NCBI GenBank assembly: GCA_000091205.1
Contig: AP006488.2
Direction: 5' to 3' (one strand)
DNA length: 64,000 bases
Origin: Cyanidioschyzon merolae
Taxonomy: Eukaryota
In this document: piece by piece, positions 1 to 9,642 of the stretch
Layout of the letters: each line of letters opens with the position of its first letter
Numbering within the stretch: the stretch's first letter is position 1
Translations under genes and position numbers: made by a program
Notes under the pieces: generated by a model
What the model was told of the DNA's origin: nothing
The model's input: the letters and a program-made list of their open reading frames with translations, nothing else
Databases searched by the model: none

Positions 1-677
1 TGGGACGCGCTGTGGGAGGATTATACAAAGCCCAGGTGGGCTCGTTTGCGAATGAATCTGTACTGTGGGAAGCAGCGGGCGTTCGCCAACTTTTTCAATC
101 AGGTGGGCGCCCTCAAGGAGATTGAAAGTCAGAGGCTCGTCGTAGCGTACGGAGCAACGCGCTGGAAGACCCAAAAACGGGACTATGCCAGCTCCAACGA
201 CAAGAACGTACAAGGAGTGTGCACGGCGTTTCGCTGCGATACCTGCAGATGAGTTTCGAACATCGTATACACACCACGAGCTGGGATTTACACTTCAGAG
301 AGTCGAGATGGAAACGTGCCAACGAAGCCATGAGGAAATAGCAAACTACGGACCGCTGATGGGAGAGCAAATGGATAAGAGAGCGAAAGTTCGTGGACTA
401 CTTGCGCTGGTGAGCGCAACCAGTGATGGCAAGAAACGTATGGTATTAGGGAACCGAGACTTTAACGCCGCTACCAATGTAAAGAGATGTACGGTGACAG
501 AAAGAAGACCTCCAGAGTCGACAAGAGAGAACTTTGTTAGACAATCACTCAAAGTGGAACTATATGAGAAACAGTTGGAAGCAGTTGTAGGTGACCGGTC
601 CGAAAAGGCTGGGAGGCGTCTGCACGTCAGGTGGAGACGTCGTGTCTAGGGCGTGTTTGCCACTACTGTACACCGCT
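1..677 (+). mobile_element. Fanzor/TnpB-like element, family A copy A1. This is the 3' portion, truncated by the window start. It encodes the C-terminal RuvC-III region and the conserved 3' tail.
   Basis: ORFs 46..252 and 185..649 translate to '...NRDFNAATNVKRC...ESTRENFVRQSL', homologous to A2/A3 at roughly 85-90% nucleotide identity. Conserved tail 'GGCTGGGAGGCGTCTGCACG...CCACTACTGTACACCGC' ends near 676. Frame switch around 185-252. Confidence 0.6.
600..677 (+). ncRNA. Candidate omega-RNA/fRNA scaffold: the conserved 3' tail of family A copy A1.
   Basis: About 80-100 nt are conserved in A1, A2 and A3 downstream of the shared stop position, which is unexpected for neutral sequence. The location matches where omega-RNA is encoded in TnpB/Fanzor systems. 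Confidence 0.3.
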
Positions 678-954
678 GGCCGCAGCATTTTTCTTTTGAG
701 TGGCGCTCGTTATTGGTTTGCGGTGCAGGCTCACTCCTCAGTGCAATCTCTAATCCGTTGGCACTTATCTGCCGCAGACTCGAGTGGACACGCTGAGAAC
801 TGGTGTTGAAAAAGGCCGAAGCTGAGAGCCGGCTCCCAAGCTGCTCGCACTCGACAGCGTTTCTCGTTTGCACTTTGGCTACGGCCAGCGCTGTTCTCGG
901 CTGATGCGTTCCTCCACAGGGTGTCGCACGGAGTTTTCATAACCGCCTCCCTTC

Positions 955-2745
955 ATGGCTGCGAACACGGAAGGTGACGAAGTTTCGCTGCCAGTGGCGA
1001 AAACGCTTCGCAGTATACTGGAGCTGACGGACCCCAGAGAGGCTGCAGATGCCTTCGCCGCTTTCATCGGCCTGCACACCCAGCGTATGGAAGACACATA
1101 TGGGCCACAGAACAATTGGGGAAAGCTCAAGGATGAACTGTATAAATGGCAACTTAGCCTCGCGGAGGTATTGGTAGCCACCCTCCAGCAGCGAATCTTT
1201 GAAACGTATCCACCGCATGGCTCGGGGGCAACCCACGGCCTTCGGATACCTCGTCGAAATGCATGGCTGCTTTTGTCGCAACTCGTATACTACGTCTCAA
1301 AGCGAGGTCTGTTGAGACCCCATGCTCGTAGCGTTCTCAGCGCTGTTCGCTACGAGCTCTGGAAGGAAATGGGATGGGTCTACTTTGCGGAACTGGCGTA
1401 CTTTCTTGTTCGTTGGCGGCAGCAGTTCGTTGGGCTGCTCACCACCAGAATGAGTTCGACTGCTTCTGGTTGTGATCGCCGCACCAGCTACCCCACCGCT
1501 CGTGATTACGAGGCCTCTCATGTGATCGTAGCGGTACTGCCGCAGGTGCTGCGCTACGTTCCCGCACAGACGTGGTCCGCTCTCGGCGCAAGAGCGCCGT
1601 ACACTGGGACACAGTCGGGACAAATTGATCTTCAACAGAATGCAGTTCCGGCAACGCGAGAGGCGCTGCTCAGTTGTTTCGTTGCGCATACGGCTTGGCG
1701 ACATCCGGAACGCCTCGTAGAAGCCACGCTTGTTCCGAATCAATGGAGAGATATGGTAACGCATGCTTGGCTCGATGAAATTCTCCTTCGGGAGCAAGCT
1801 ATTTTGCGGCCGTGGATGATGCCTGCAATCACGGCCATGGAAGACGATAAGACTGCCCTTGAGGACGCTGTTCTACGCGAAACGAATCGAGAGCAGTTTG
1901 AGGTGGACGCTTTGCGGGCGCTGGCCAGCTTACGTATCTGCCGTGAGTTGTTTGTGCCAGGACCTTTGCATTGCCCTCCGCTAGATATGACGTTGGCGCC
2001 CAGGGTCACCTCGGAGACAGGATCTGGCCTCCGAGAGCTGCGTGTATGGAAAGCGATCTTCCTCGAGAGGGCCTCATCGCTCGATGAGGAACGGGTTCCA
2101 CGCTGTCTTCGAGTCGACGGAGGAGCCGCAGCTCGCCTCGTTGATGTCATTCATGGAGCATCTCTTTCGCCCCTGGAGGCAGACACCATCCTGGACCGCC
2201 TCATCGACGCTGATGAAACCCTGATTCACCGGCTTCACTTGAGTCCGGAGGATCTTCTGCGCTTCCACGAGAATCACAGCGTTCGGCATACAGCCCGGAT
2301 CTTGCAACACCTGGTTGATACGTGCACCAACCGCTTGCCAGAATATATGGACGCATTCACGTTGCTTCCGGTAACGATTTCGAATCTGTCTCTTGTTCAC
2401 GCAGTAGATCGGGAACTCTTCTTTCGGCTGTACACAAGCCGAGTTTGTGCTCAAGGACGCACACTGGTCTCGTGGAATGACACGGCTTCGGAGCGCGTCG
2501 CTGAGCTCTTCGCGACCTTTGTTCTACGCATGCTCGATGAACGTCCCACCTGGATAACGAATGAGATCTCCGTAGAACTTGAAGCCTGGGCACTTTGTGC
2601 ATCCAGGGTGATGCGCCCTGTGGAACTTTATCGTTGCCTTCGGCGACGACGTTTAAGTCCCAGTGCACGCCCACAAACAAGCACGGCGGTAGCAGCGTCT
2701 GGCGAGTACATCTCGTTCCAGTTGCTATCGTCGGATGCACAGTAG
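955..2745 (+). CDS. Hypothetical protein, 596 aa, no recognised domain.
   Basis: Uninterrupted 1.8 kb ORF with an ATG at 955 and GC-rich codon usage. Confidence 0.55.
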   Translation: MAANTEGDEVSLPVAKTLRSILELTDPREAADAFAAFIGLHTQRMEDTYGPQNNWGKLKDELYKWQLSLAEVLVATLQQRIFETYPPHGSGATHGLRIPRRNAWLLLSQLVYYVSKRGLLRPHARSVLSAVRYELWKEMGWVYFAELAYFLVRWRQQFVGLLTTRMSSTASGCDRRTSYPTARDYEASHVIVAVLPQVLRYVPAQTWSALGARAPYTGTQSGQIDLQQNAVPATREALLSCFVAHTAWRHPERLVEATLVPNQWRDMVTHAWLDEILLREQAILRPWMMPAITAMEDDKTALEDAVLRETNREQFEVDALRALASLRICRELFVPGPLHCPPLDMTLAPRVTSETGSGLRELRVWKAIFLERASSLDEERVPRCLRVDGGAAARLVDVIHGASLSPLEADTILDRLIDADETLIHRLHLSPEDLLRFHENHSVRHTARILQHLVDTCTNRLPEYMDAFTLLPVTISNLSLVHAVDRELFFRLYTSRVCAQGRTLVSWNDTASERVAELFATFVLRMLDERPTWITNEISVELEAWALCASRVMRPVELYRCLRRRRLSPSARPQTSTAVAASGEYISFQLLSSDAQ

Positions 2746-3595
2746 GAATGTGTCAGCGTGTTTGCTGCGGATCCCGGTGGGATCTGTCACGTACTCGCTA
2801 TCGTCAAGTTGCGAAGCATCCGCACATACTACTGCTATGCGCTCTGCCGTTCTGGCACCTTAACATACGCCGTTCATGCATGCGAATTGCATGCAGTCTG
2901 TCTTTTATCCAGAAGAGATCTCATCGCCATCACTGTTGCGACTCTACGGTCTTGCTGCTGAACCAAAGGCCGGCGACCTGGTATTTGCTCCAGTGCGCTC
3001 TGTGCCGTTCTCTGTCGACGAAGACAGACGCATCCATGGAGCTCGCTGTCAATTGATGCCTTCACACGAAGCTGCCTTTTGGAAGCGATGGTATGGACGA
3101 AGAGCGCTACGAGGCATCGGGATCTTGAGGAATGCACGCTCAGCGCGATTCTTGCTGAAATCCTTGCTGTTTGCGCGGAGTCTTGGTATTTGGGGCTTCT
3201 GGTGGATAGGGTTTCGCCTTTCGAGTCATTCCCCGAGGCCTGATGCTATATTCTTTCCGTGTTCTGCCATGGAAACACAAGCTCATTCTTCGTGCTATAG
3301 CAGCGATCCATATGTCTTTTGAGGGAGCCTCTTGGGCGACCGCCAAGGGAGTCGGTCGTCATACAGCACCGAGCTGAGCAAGCAGCAAGGTATTGGATGC
3401 GAGCACGAATCCACACGGCAAATAGGGAACAACGATGTGAAATTGTTCATAAAGCAGCCAAAGTGCTTCATGGTATGAATCGCTTCGGGCTAGCATAGTT
3501 AACTCAGGATGACTTCCAATACCTGCATATGCACCAGGATCGATGTAAAATGGCGTGCCTCGTGCACCTAAGGGGGAGCGCATATGTCTTTTAGT

Positions 3596-3812
3596 GATGT
3601 TCTTTGACAATACGGACACTACCAGGTGTGTCGGGGTTCGTGTCCCATACTCATTCTCTGCGACAAGACGAACACTACCAGGTGTCTCGGGGTTCGTGTC
3701 CCATACTCATTTTCTGCGACAAGACGAACACTACCAAGCGTCTCAAGGTTCGTGTCCCATACTCGTTGTCTAGAACAATACGGACACTACCAAACGCCTC
3801 AGGGCAAATGCG
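3596..3812. repeat. Tandem repeat of a roughly 57 bp unit in about 3.7 copies. Each unit contains 'GGGGTTCGTGTCCC', which resembles a tRNA B-box (T-loop).
   Basis: Direct reading shows units starting near 3607, 3663, 3719 and 3775, for example 'acaagacgaacactaccaggtgtctcggggttcgtgtcccatactcattttctgcg'. Confidence 0.8.
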
Positions 3813-4422
3813 CGGCGGCGCCTGCTGTACCCCAATCTATATGTGTTGTGGCTCGCACGTCACCGTGGACCGGAACATACCTGTCACTCACAGGAACGGG
3901 CGACGCATTGGTGCAGGTTTGGACCAGTGGACAGACACGATTATCTGCCAGATCGTGCAGACCCTGGTCCCTTAGCAGCCTTCTCTGGCAGTCAGAGCTC
4001 GCTACACTTGCGGAAACTGCTGGCCCGTTTCCGGCGATAGCAACGTCCGGACTGCGCGGTGTGCGAGCCCAAGGCCGTGAGCTGAACCTGTGCGGCTCGC
4101 TATACGCTGCGTGTACTGGAAACTCGCTCGACGCGTGTTTTCTTTGAGTCATAGCTCGGAATCGTGTTCTCTGCCTTGAACGAGCACAGGGACTAAAAGC
4201 CGATTCGGCAGCCTACAAGGCAGGATCGTCGCAGGTTTGTTCTGGGGTGCCACCGAGTGCTGGACGGCGATCTACGCACAGCGCAGTCCGCAGTGGTTAT
4301 ACGGCATAGTCGCTCTCTGTCGGTGGCCTAGAGAGACACGCATAACCAGGAAAAACCAGCGAACAGCACGTCTGCTCTCTACCGCACAGCGCAGCCCGCA
4401 GTTGTGGTAGTGGCGACGCGGC

Positions 4423-5097
4423 ATGGGGGCGTGTTTCGGAAAGCCTTCCGAAGCTGGAACCAGCGCTCGAGACGCCAGCTCAACTCGTCGACGCGGAAGC
4501 AGAGGTGATGGTGGTGGTGGTGGTGGCGGTGGCGGCGGCGGAAGGACGAACGCGCATCGCCCCGGCCAACGCATAGAGCTGCTTCTCTTGGGCTTGGATG
4601 GGGCTGGTGCAACCACCATTCTGTATCGCCTCAAGCTACAAAAGTTCATCATTACCGTTCCGACTTTGGGATCTGTAGAGGAAACCATTCGTTGGGGCTC
4701 TGAGGAAATTCTCTTCCATGACCTTGGCGGCACAGATAAACTGCGCCCGCTCTGGCCCATGTATCAGGATGGCATTCAGGGAGTCATCTACGTGGTGGAC
4801 GCTGCCGATCGCCGCCTTGTGGACGCCAACCGTCGTGAGCTGCGACGGTTCTATCGTGCTGCCGTGAAGCTCCACGACGCACCCTTGCTCATCTTTGCCA
4901 CGAAGCAGGACCTGTCTGACGCGATGACGAGTGAGGAGCTGCAGCGAGAGCTTGGACTCGAAGAAATCCCGTGCCGATGTTATCATGTCGCTGGCTGCTC
5001 GGCGGTTACAGGGGAGGGTATTCACGAAGGCATCGACTGGATCGTCGGAGAAATCCGGCGCGGAGGTTCACGGGCGGCGAGCACGTTGCGGAAATGA
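4423..5097 (+). CDS. ARF-like (ARL) small GTPase paralog with an N-terminal MGxC motif (likely myristoylation) and a Gly13 tract. The P-loop Lys, the catalytic Gln and the NKxD Asn are all substituted, so it is probably a pseudo-GTPase.
   Basis: 'LGLDGAGATTILYRLKL...TVPTLGSVEE...DLGGTDKLRPLW...IFATKQDL...CSA' is collinear with the Arf motifs GLDAAGKTT / DVGGQDKIRPLW / NKQD / SAK. ATG at 4423. Confidence 0.85.
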   Translation: MGACFGKPSEAGTSARDASSTRRRGSRGDGGGGGGGGGGGRTNAHRPGQRIELLLLGLDGAGATTILYRLKLQKFIITVPTLGSVEETIRWGSEEILFHDLGGTDKLRPLWPMYQDGIQGVIYVVDAADRRLVDANRRELRRFYRAAVKLHDAPLLIFATKQDLSDAMTSEELQRELGLEEIPCRCYHVAGCSAVTGEGIHEGIDWIVGEIRRGGSRAASTLRK

Positions 5098-5927
5098 ACG
5101 GCCTGAGCAGGCAGTCCGAGTAGAGCATTTTTATTTCGTGGCGCTCTGGAAGGGAACCGGTGCGATCGCGACAGGGATTTCGGGTCCACGGCGGCCTAGA
5201 AAATCATAGAGCAGAATACGTCAACGTAAATAGGCATGCTAGACAACACGAAAGTAGGCCAAGCACATTCCTATGTGAATCAGGCCTGCATGCGGACACT
5301 ATTTTCGGGCTATGAACGGCATGAAGCCAGGGTAGGTGACAGCCCGGCACGAAACTGCTGAGCACGGTAGATATTGCGGGCACGTCGGCACCGGAGCGAC
5401 ACCATCGCTGCAGCGCTGCGGATCGAAACATCTTCGATGACCGCACTGGTATGATGGTTACGCTCTAGGAAGCGTTTCGGGTATGGAGCGGATGCTCAGG
5501 CCACGAAATCAGGAGCGTTATCGCACCAAGCGCCGGCCGGTGGACGCACCGCCCAGCTTCAGTGAGCACCTTGAGAGCGACCATCGCCGAGACACCACAA
5601 AACCCTTCGATCTCCGTGCGGCAATAGCGGTTGCAAAGGCTTCTGCAGCGCCACAGCAAGCGTCTGGGGCAGGTCAGATAACGGTCTATCTAACGAATTT
5701 GCGGACCACGCAGATTCTATTTACCGCAGTAATACTGGACTGGAGCATCTGGAATACGGACGCGTCTTCACGAAGACGCCAGTCCCTTCCAAAGTTACTG
5801 GACGCTTTTCAGCACTTGCGCGTACCTGGTTCGACTCCCAAGCGCCAAATGAGGAGATAAGTGTACGTGCAGCATCGTCTGACGGAAGCGCGCGATTCTT
5901 TGTACCGCGCGGGAGACTCCGGAAGTC

Positions 5928-6058
5928 AGATGAGCACCCGCAGCAACTATCCGTTTTGTCGCTATCCAGCGCTCGCGGGTGACTGGCGACTCTAGATGAG
6001 CACCCGAAGCGACGCTGTCCGTTTTGTCACTATCCAGCGCTCGCGGGTGACAGACGCC
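5928..6058. repeat. Direct repeat of roughly 66 bp x2, about 100 bp upstream of the 6161 gene start.
   Basis: 'agatgagcacccg(c/a)agc...tccgttttgtc(g/a)ctatccagcgctcgcgggtgac' appears twice in tandem. Confidence 0.7.
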
Positions 6059-6160
6059 CGACCATCGGCATCTCGCGACGTGTGTTGCGCGATGGCGGGC
6101 GAACGGCGCAGAAATCACTCTTGAAAGTCCTCGAGTTGGTGGTCTATTCACACTCTGGGG

Positions 6161-7027
6161 ATGGTTTGCAAACGCTCGCCCAAACGAGCCGTATCTTCGG
6201 GTTTCATAGGAATCTCTCTATCTGTATCGCGTATTCAGTCTGTAGTACGCCAAACTTTACAGAGAACTTCGTGGCTGCCTAAAGCGACGAACAACAGGTT
6301 CGCTCGCGACGATGGGGCAACAACGGTGCAACGGCGCTGGCGGCGACGGGGACCGCGTCCGCATCAGCCGCAGTCCCCCTGCGCCTTGATTACGAGCAGC
6401 TTCAGCGTGGTAGGTGTTTCCCAGGCGGCAGCGGGCCAGCACTTGGCCTATGCCTTCGGGGTGAGTCTGCCGCCGACAATGTTGGCCTGGTTCGGAAGCA
6501 CTGGCACGAGCATGACGACGGAGTTTGACGGCGCGAACTCGCTAACGCCGGTCGTGTGGGTACTAGGTGCGGTCGCTGGCCTTGTGGTATCCCACTTGGC
6601 GCAGCAGTCTCCAGCAGCAGTCCGGAAAGCGTGGCTCCGGTTCATTCGAGGTGCGGACGCTCGAGAGGCGAACCCAACTTGTCCAGCGTGCGAGGGCGAG
6701 GGCTCCATCGACTGTCTCTGCCAACGCTGGCGGGTGCCTGACGCCAGCAGCGACAGTTCAGAAAGCAGAAGCGAGCCAAAGGGGCCCCTTCAAAAGGCTT
6801 CGCGGGGTTGGAACCTCTTCTCAAAGAGCAGGACAAGGGTCGCGTTGACAAAGAGCACCTGCTCTCGCTGCCACGGAACAGGACGTGAGCCATGTCCCCG
6901 CTGTGGCGGTGGGGGCATGCTCGTGCACAGCGACGAGGCGTCGCTCCGAGGCGACACCGTGCCCGTGCACCTCGAGGATGGATATGACTGGGAGCGAGCT
7001 GCACGGCTGAAGCGAGACTCGAGATGA
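6161..7027 (+). CDS. DnaJ-type zinc-finger (CxxCxGxG x3) protein with a hydrophobic segment. Its architecture resembles small organellar DnaJ-like Zn-finger membrane proteins such as LQY1/BSD2.
   Basis: Motifs 'CPACEGEG', 'CSRCHGTG', 'CPRCGGGG'; TM-like 'LTPVVWVLGAVAGLVVSHLAQ'; ATG at 6161. Confidence 0.6.
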   Translation: MVCKRSPKRAVSSGFIGISLSVSRIQSVVRQTLQRTSWLPKATNNRFARDDGATTVQRRWRRRGPRPHQPQSPCALITSSFSVVGVSQAAAGQHLAYAFGVSLPPTMLAWFGSTGTSMTTEFDGANSLTPVVWVLGAVAGLVVSHLAQQSPAAVRKAWLRFIRGADAREANPTCPACEGEGSIDCLCQRWRVPDASSDSSESRSEPKGPLQKASRGWNLFSKSRTRVALTKSTCSRCHGTGREPCPRCGGGGMLVHSDEASLRGDTVPVHLEDGYDWERAARLKRDSR

Positions 7028-7289
7028 ATTCGCGTCCGAGCGACACGGAAGGTTTTCCCGTGCGCAAGTGTTTTCAACCATGTATATTTTTGACAATAAC
7101 CGGATACGTCTGTTAAAGGCGGCAAGCCAGATGCATGTTCCGCTTGGTTTGGTGCAGGTTCTACGCTCAGTGCATATAAACATGTCTATACACCAATGTA
7201 ACAGGTCATCCTACTTGGGTGTACAAACTAAACTTTGGGCCTCTTCCACCTACCATCAACACTAGTATTTGCGGGCTTTTTCTGCAACT

Positions 7290-8301
7290 GATTTCTTTTC
7301 CTTTTTCCAACCTCCGGCTTTAAATGCGCTGGTGTCTCTTGTCCCTGTCGCTCCGTTGTCAGCAGTCGAAATACGCTGATGGCAGCGTTCCGGTCCCGAT
7401 TTTGAAGCTTCCGGCTGTTTCCTTTGAATTCCATCTACATGCACAAGTTGCGATATAAGCATCGCTTGCCCTTTTCATCTTATTCGTTATCAGTCTCGGT
7501 GCGCCGTTCTCACTGTGATACCTGATTGTGGGCAGCTGTTCCCGTATGTCTCTACCAGACCTGCTCCTTCGCGTGCCGCCACCTGGCGCCTGAATGCTTG
7601 CTTCAGCGCTCCGTACGTGCCCATGATTGGTACAATAGACTCCAGTCGATGCCGTTCTCAGTTTCCGGGCCCAGTGCCGTACACTGCGATCACAGGTGTG
7701 TTCTTGGTGATCCGCTTTGCGAGTACGCGGTCTGTCGCACACACAAGCGCACGATGTCCCATTCGGCAGATGATTTGTGGAACGCAAGGTTGTCCACGTT
7801 GGAACAAACACATAAAAGACAATCCATGCTGGAGATGCAATCGAGAAATTTCGATCCGTCTACGCTCCATTCGGGCAATGCGGTGACGCAGGCTCCGGTG
7901 GAAGCGAGCGCCGCGATGCCTGGACTCGGGATCCAAGAAACTTTTCCATGCAAACTCTCGCCGCCGTGAATGCGAATCAAGAACTGCGGTACTCGATCGA
8001 AAGCCCGGCTCCTTCGGGAGTGTGTCGCCATCTAGAGATGATACCGCATGCACTACGGTTCCCAGTCCGCGACAGCTGCATCCTGTCTCGCTGCAGTTGC
8101 CGTATCGTACATCGACGCGCATCCGCCTGTGAGCAATTACAGCGACATAAACCGGGCCACTTGCCATGGAAAGCCACTAAAGACGAGAGGCTGGAGGTTC
8201 CCATTCCGGAACACCCGAACATGGCGGCGGAAAACGGCCGCGGTCGCAGCGCTATTCTTAGCAGCATGACGTATCGATCGAGCGGGAATCTCCGTCTACG
8301 G
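7290..8301 (-). mobile_element. Small TnpB-like element, family B copy B1 (about 1.0 kb), with a degenerate ORF.
   Basis: Minus-strand ORF 7228..7434 contains 'KLQNRDRNAAISVFRLL', a RuvC-III-like DRDxNAAxN motif. Nucleotide homology to B2 and B3 covers the whole length, for example the inverted match to 'gagtcatcgcagcgatcgcttcc'. Confidence 0.5.
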
Positions 8302-9300
8302 CACTTCCAGTGACCAGCTGTGCACCAATCTAGACTCATCAAAAAGTATGCAGCTGTCTTTTAGCTTAATTGTTTGGGTCTTTACCAACAATACGATAGA
8401 TACGGAGCGACAACGGAACAAATCTCGTCGGCAGAATCAAGCGCGCTGAATGCGATCGAAACCAGCCGCAAAGTCGTGCCGCTCTCATCCACACGTCTCA
8501 TAGATCACACACGAAAGAAAAATGCTCGCCACCTAGACGGTTCTTAGAGAGCCCCCGGGGAAATGTAGCGAACGCCACTGGGAGCCCGCTCGACCGAAGC
8601 TCTCCCGCGGTGCTCTCTTGTGTACAAAAGGGGCACCAACGAGCATGCGGCATGCTGGTGGCCTGCAACGCGTGTCGCAAGTAGACTTTGTCTTGAGTCA
8701 ATGTGCGATTCGCTCTACCGCGGGTAGCTTCCTTCAAATCACATACTATATTTCGGATAGCGTTGTTCGTAACGACTGCGCGTTCCGTACAGCATCTGTG
8801 CAGATGCACATGCTTCGTGTACTGTTGGTCCACTCACGTGCGCATTCAAGGATCATAGATTGGACAGGCACCACGAACCGTAACAGTGACTTGGCAGGCA
8901 TCGGGCGCGGTCCTGGTGAAAGTGGGCTCATCGGCTCTAGACGATGCTTCGATGCGATGCCCAGCAACGCCCGCAGGCTCACGACATAAACGACGCTCGT
9001 GCGTTCCATGCGTGCCGCGTACTAGCCTAGCGGTAGCGGGATTCTGCGCGCTCGCTCTAAGCTTTGATGCTTGCCCCATGCATTATCGTCTGTCTAGCGT
9101 TCGCCATTTTCTCCACGTGTGCAGCGAAAACTGCCGCAAAGACTGCTCTTGGAATCATGGTACAGTGCGCACGGAGTCTCACGAGCAACCGCGACTGAAA
9201 GCAGCACGCGGTTCGACCAGCCTAGAGAGAACCTTGCGTTGCCGCTCATCAAACTTCCAGTGACATTTGAGCGGTTCTCAAAGAGCCGTGCGTTAGGATT

Positions 9301-9642
9301 TCAAGCGTGGGCGATACCGGACTCGTCGAGAAGCGGCAGCAGGCGGCCTGTTCGGTGCAGCTCCTGGACAGCATCGTTGCCTCCGAGGTGGCGTCCCCGC
9401 ACCCAGACACTCGGAACCGTTCGTTGCCCGGTCATTTCGTACAATATCCGCTGCATAGCTGAACCCAGGGGTAATATGTCCAGTTCCAGCGCTCTATAGC
9501 GGATCCCAAGACGCTCAAAGAGGCGCTTCACCGCTGCACAAAAGCCACAGTAGGTTTTACTAAAGATGACAACAACATCTCGCTCCGCCAACGCGCCTTT
9601 CACTTGTTCCTCAGCCTGAACATCGACACTGGAACGACCCAT
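9301..9642 (-). CDS. Glutaredoxin with a dithiol CGFC active-site variant.
   Basis: 'VVIFSKTYCGFCAAVKRLF...TVPSVWVRGRHLGGNDAV' matches the Grx fold motifs. The track start at 9648 is GTG; the first ATG is near 9642. Confidence 0.8.
   Translation of the reverse strand: MGRSSVDVQAEEQVKGALAERDVVVIFSKTYCGFCAAVKRLFERLGIRYRALELDILPLGSAMQRILYEMTGQRTVPSVWVRGRHLGGNDAVQELHRTGRLLPLLDESGIAHA

Noticed and set aside
265-298. A short (34-36 nt) GT...AG intron in the Fanzor-like C-terminal exon, 'gtatac...cttcag' in A1 and 'gtatat...tcatag' in A3.
   Set aside because: In both copies the downstream frame reads straight through this segment without stops (RTSYTHHELGFTLQR / RTSYIHHGLDCILHR), and the upstream frame already has a stop before it. 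A frame switch further upstream, rather than this mini-intron, explains the ORF structure.
3596-3812. Tandem repeats (here and at 48517-49060) as CRISPR arrays.
   Set aside because: The genome is eukaryotic. The units are contiguous with no unique spacers between them, and no cas genes are present. These are minisatellites.
4272-4760. Minus-strand ORF with poly-Pro (PPPPPPPPPPPP) overlapping the ARL gene, and many other 60-170 aa antisense ORFs across long genes.
   Set aside because: These are antisense shadows of GC-rich coding sequence; the poly-Pro is the complement of the (GGN)13 Gly tract. They have no independent motif support.
5805-5835. 'tggttcgactccca' resembling a tRNA T-loop/B-box; possible tRNA gene.
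   Set aside because: The flanking sequence cannot form an acceptor/T-stem cloverleaf (the T-stem partners do not pair), and there is no A-box at the right distance.
7515-7886. Plus-strand ORF over family B copy B1 with 'TSARCP...CGTQGCPRW...CWRC' resembling the TnpB zinc finger; this would put the coding strand opposite.
   Set aside because: The RuvC-III-like 'NRDRNAAI' motif, the Cys clusters of B3 and the conserved tail all fall on the other strand consistently in B1, B2 and B3. This ORF's Cys pattern is not conserved in the other copies.
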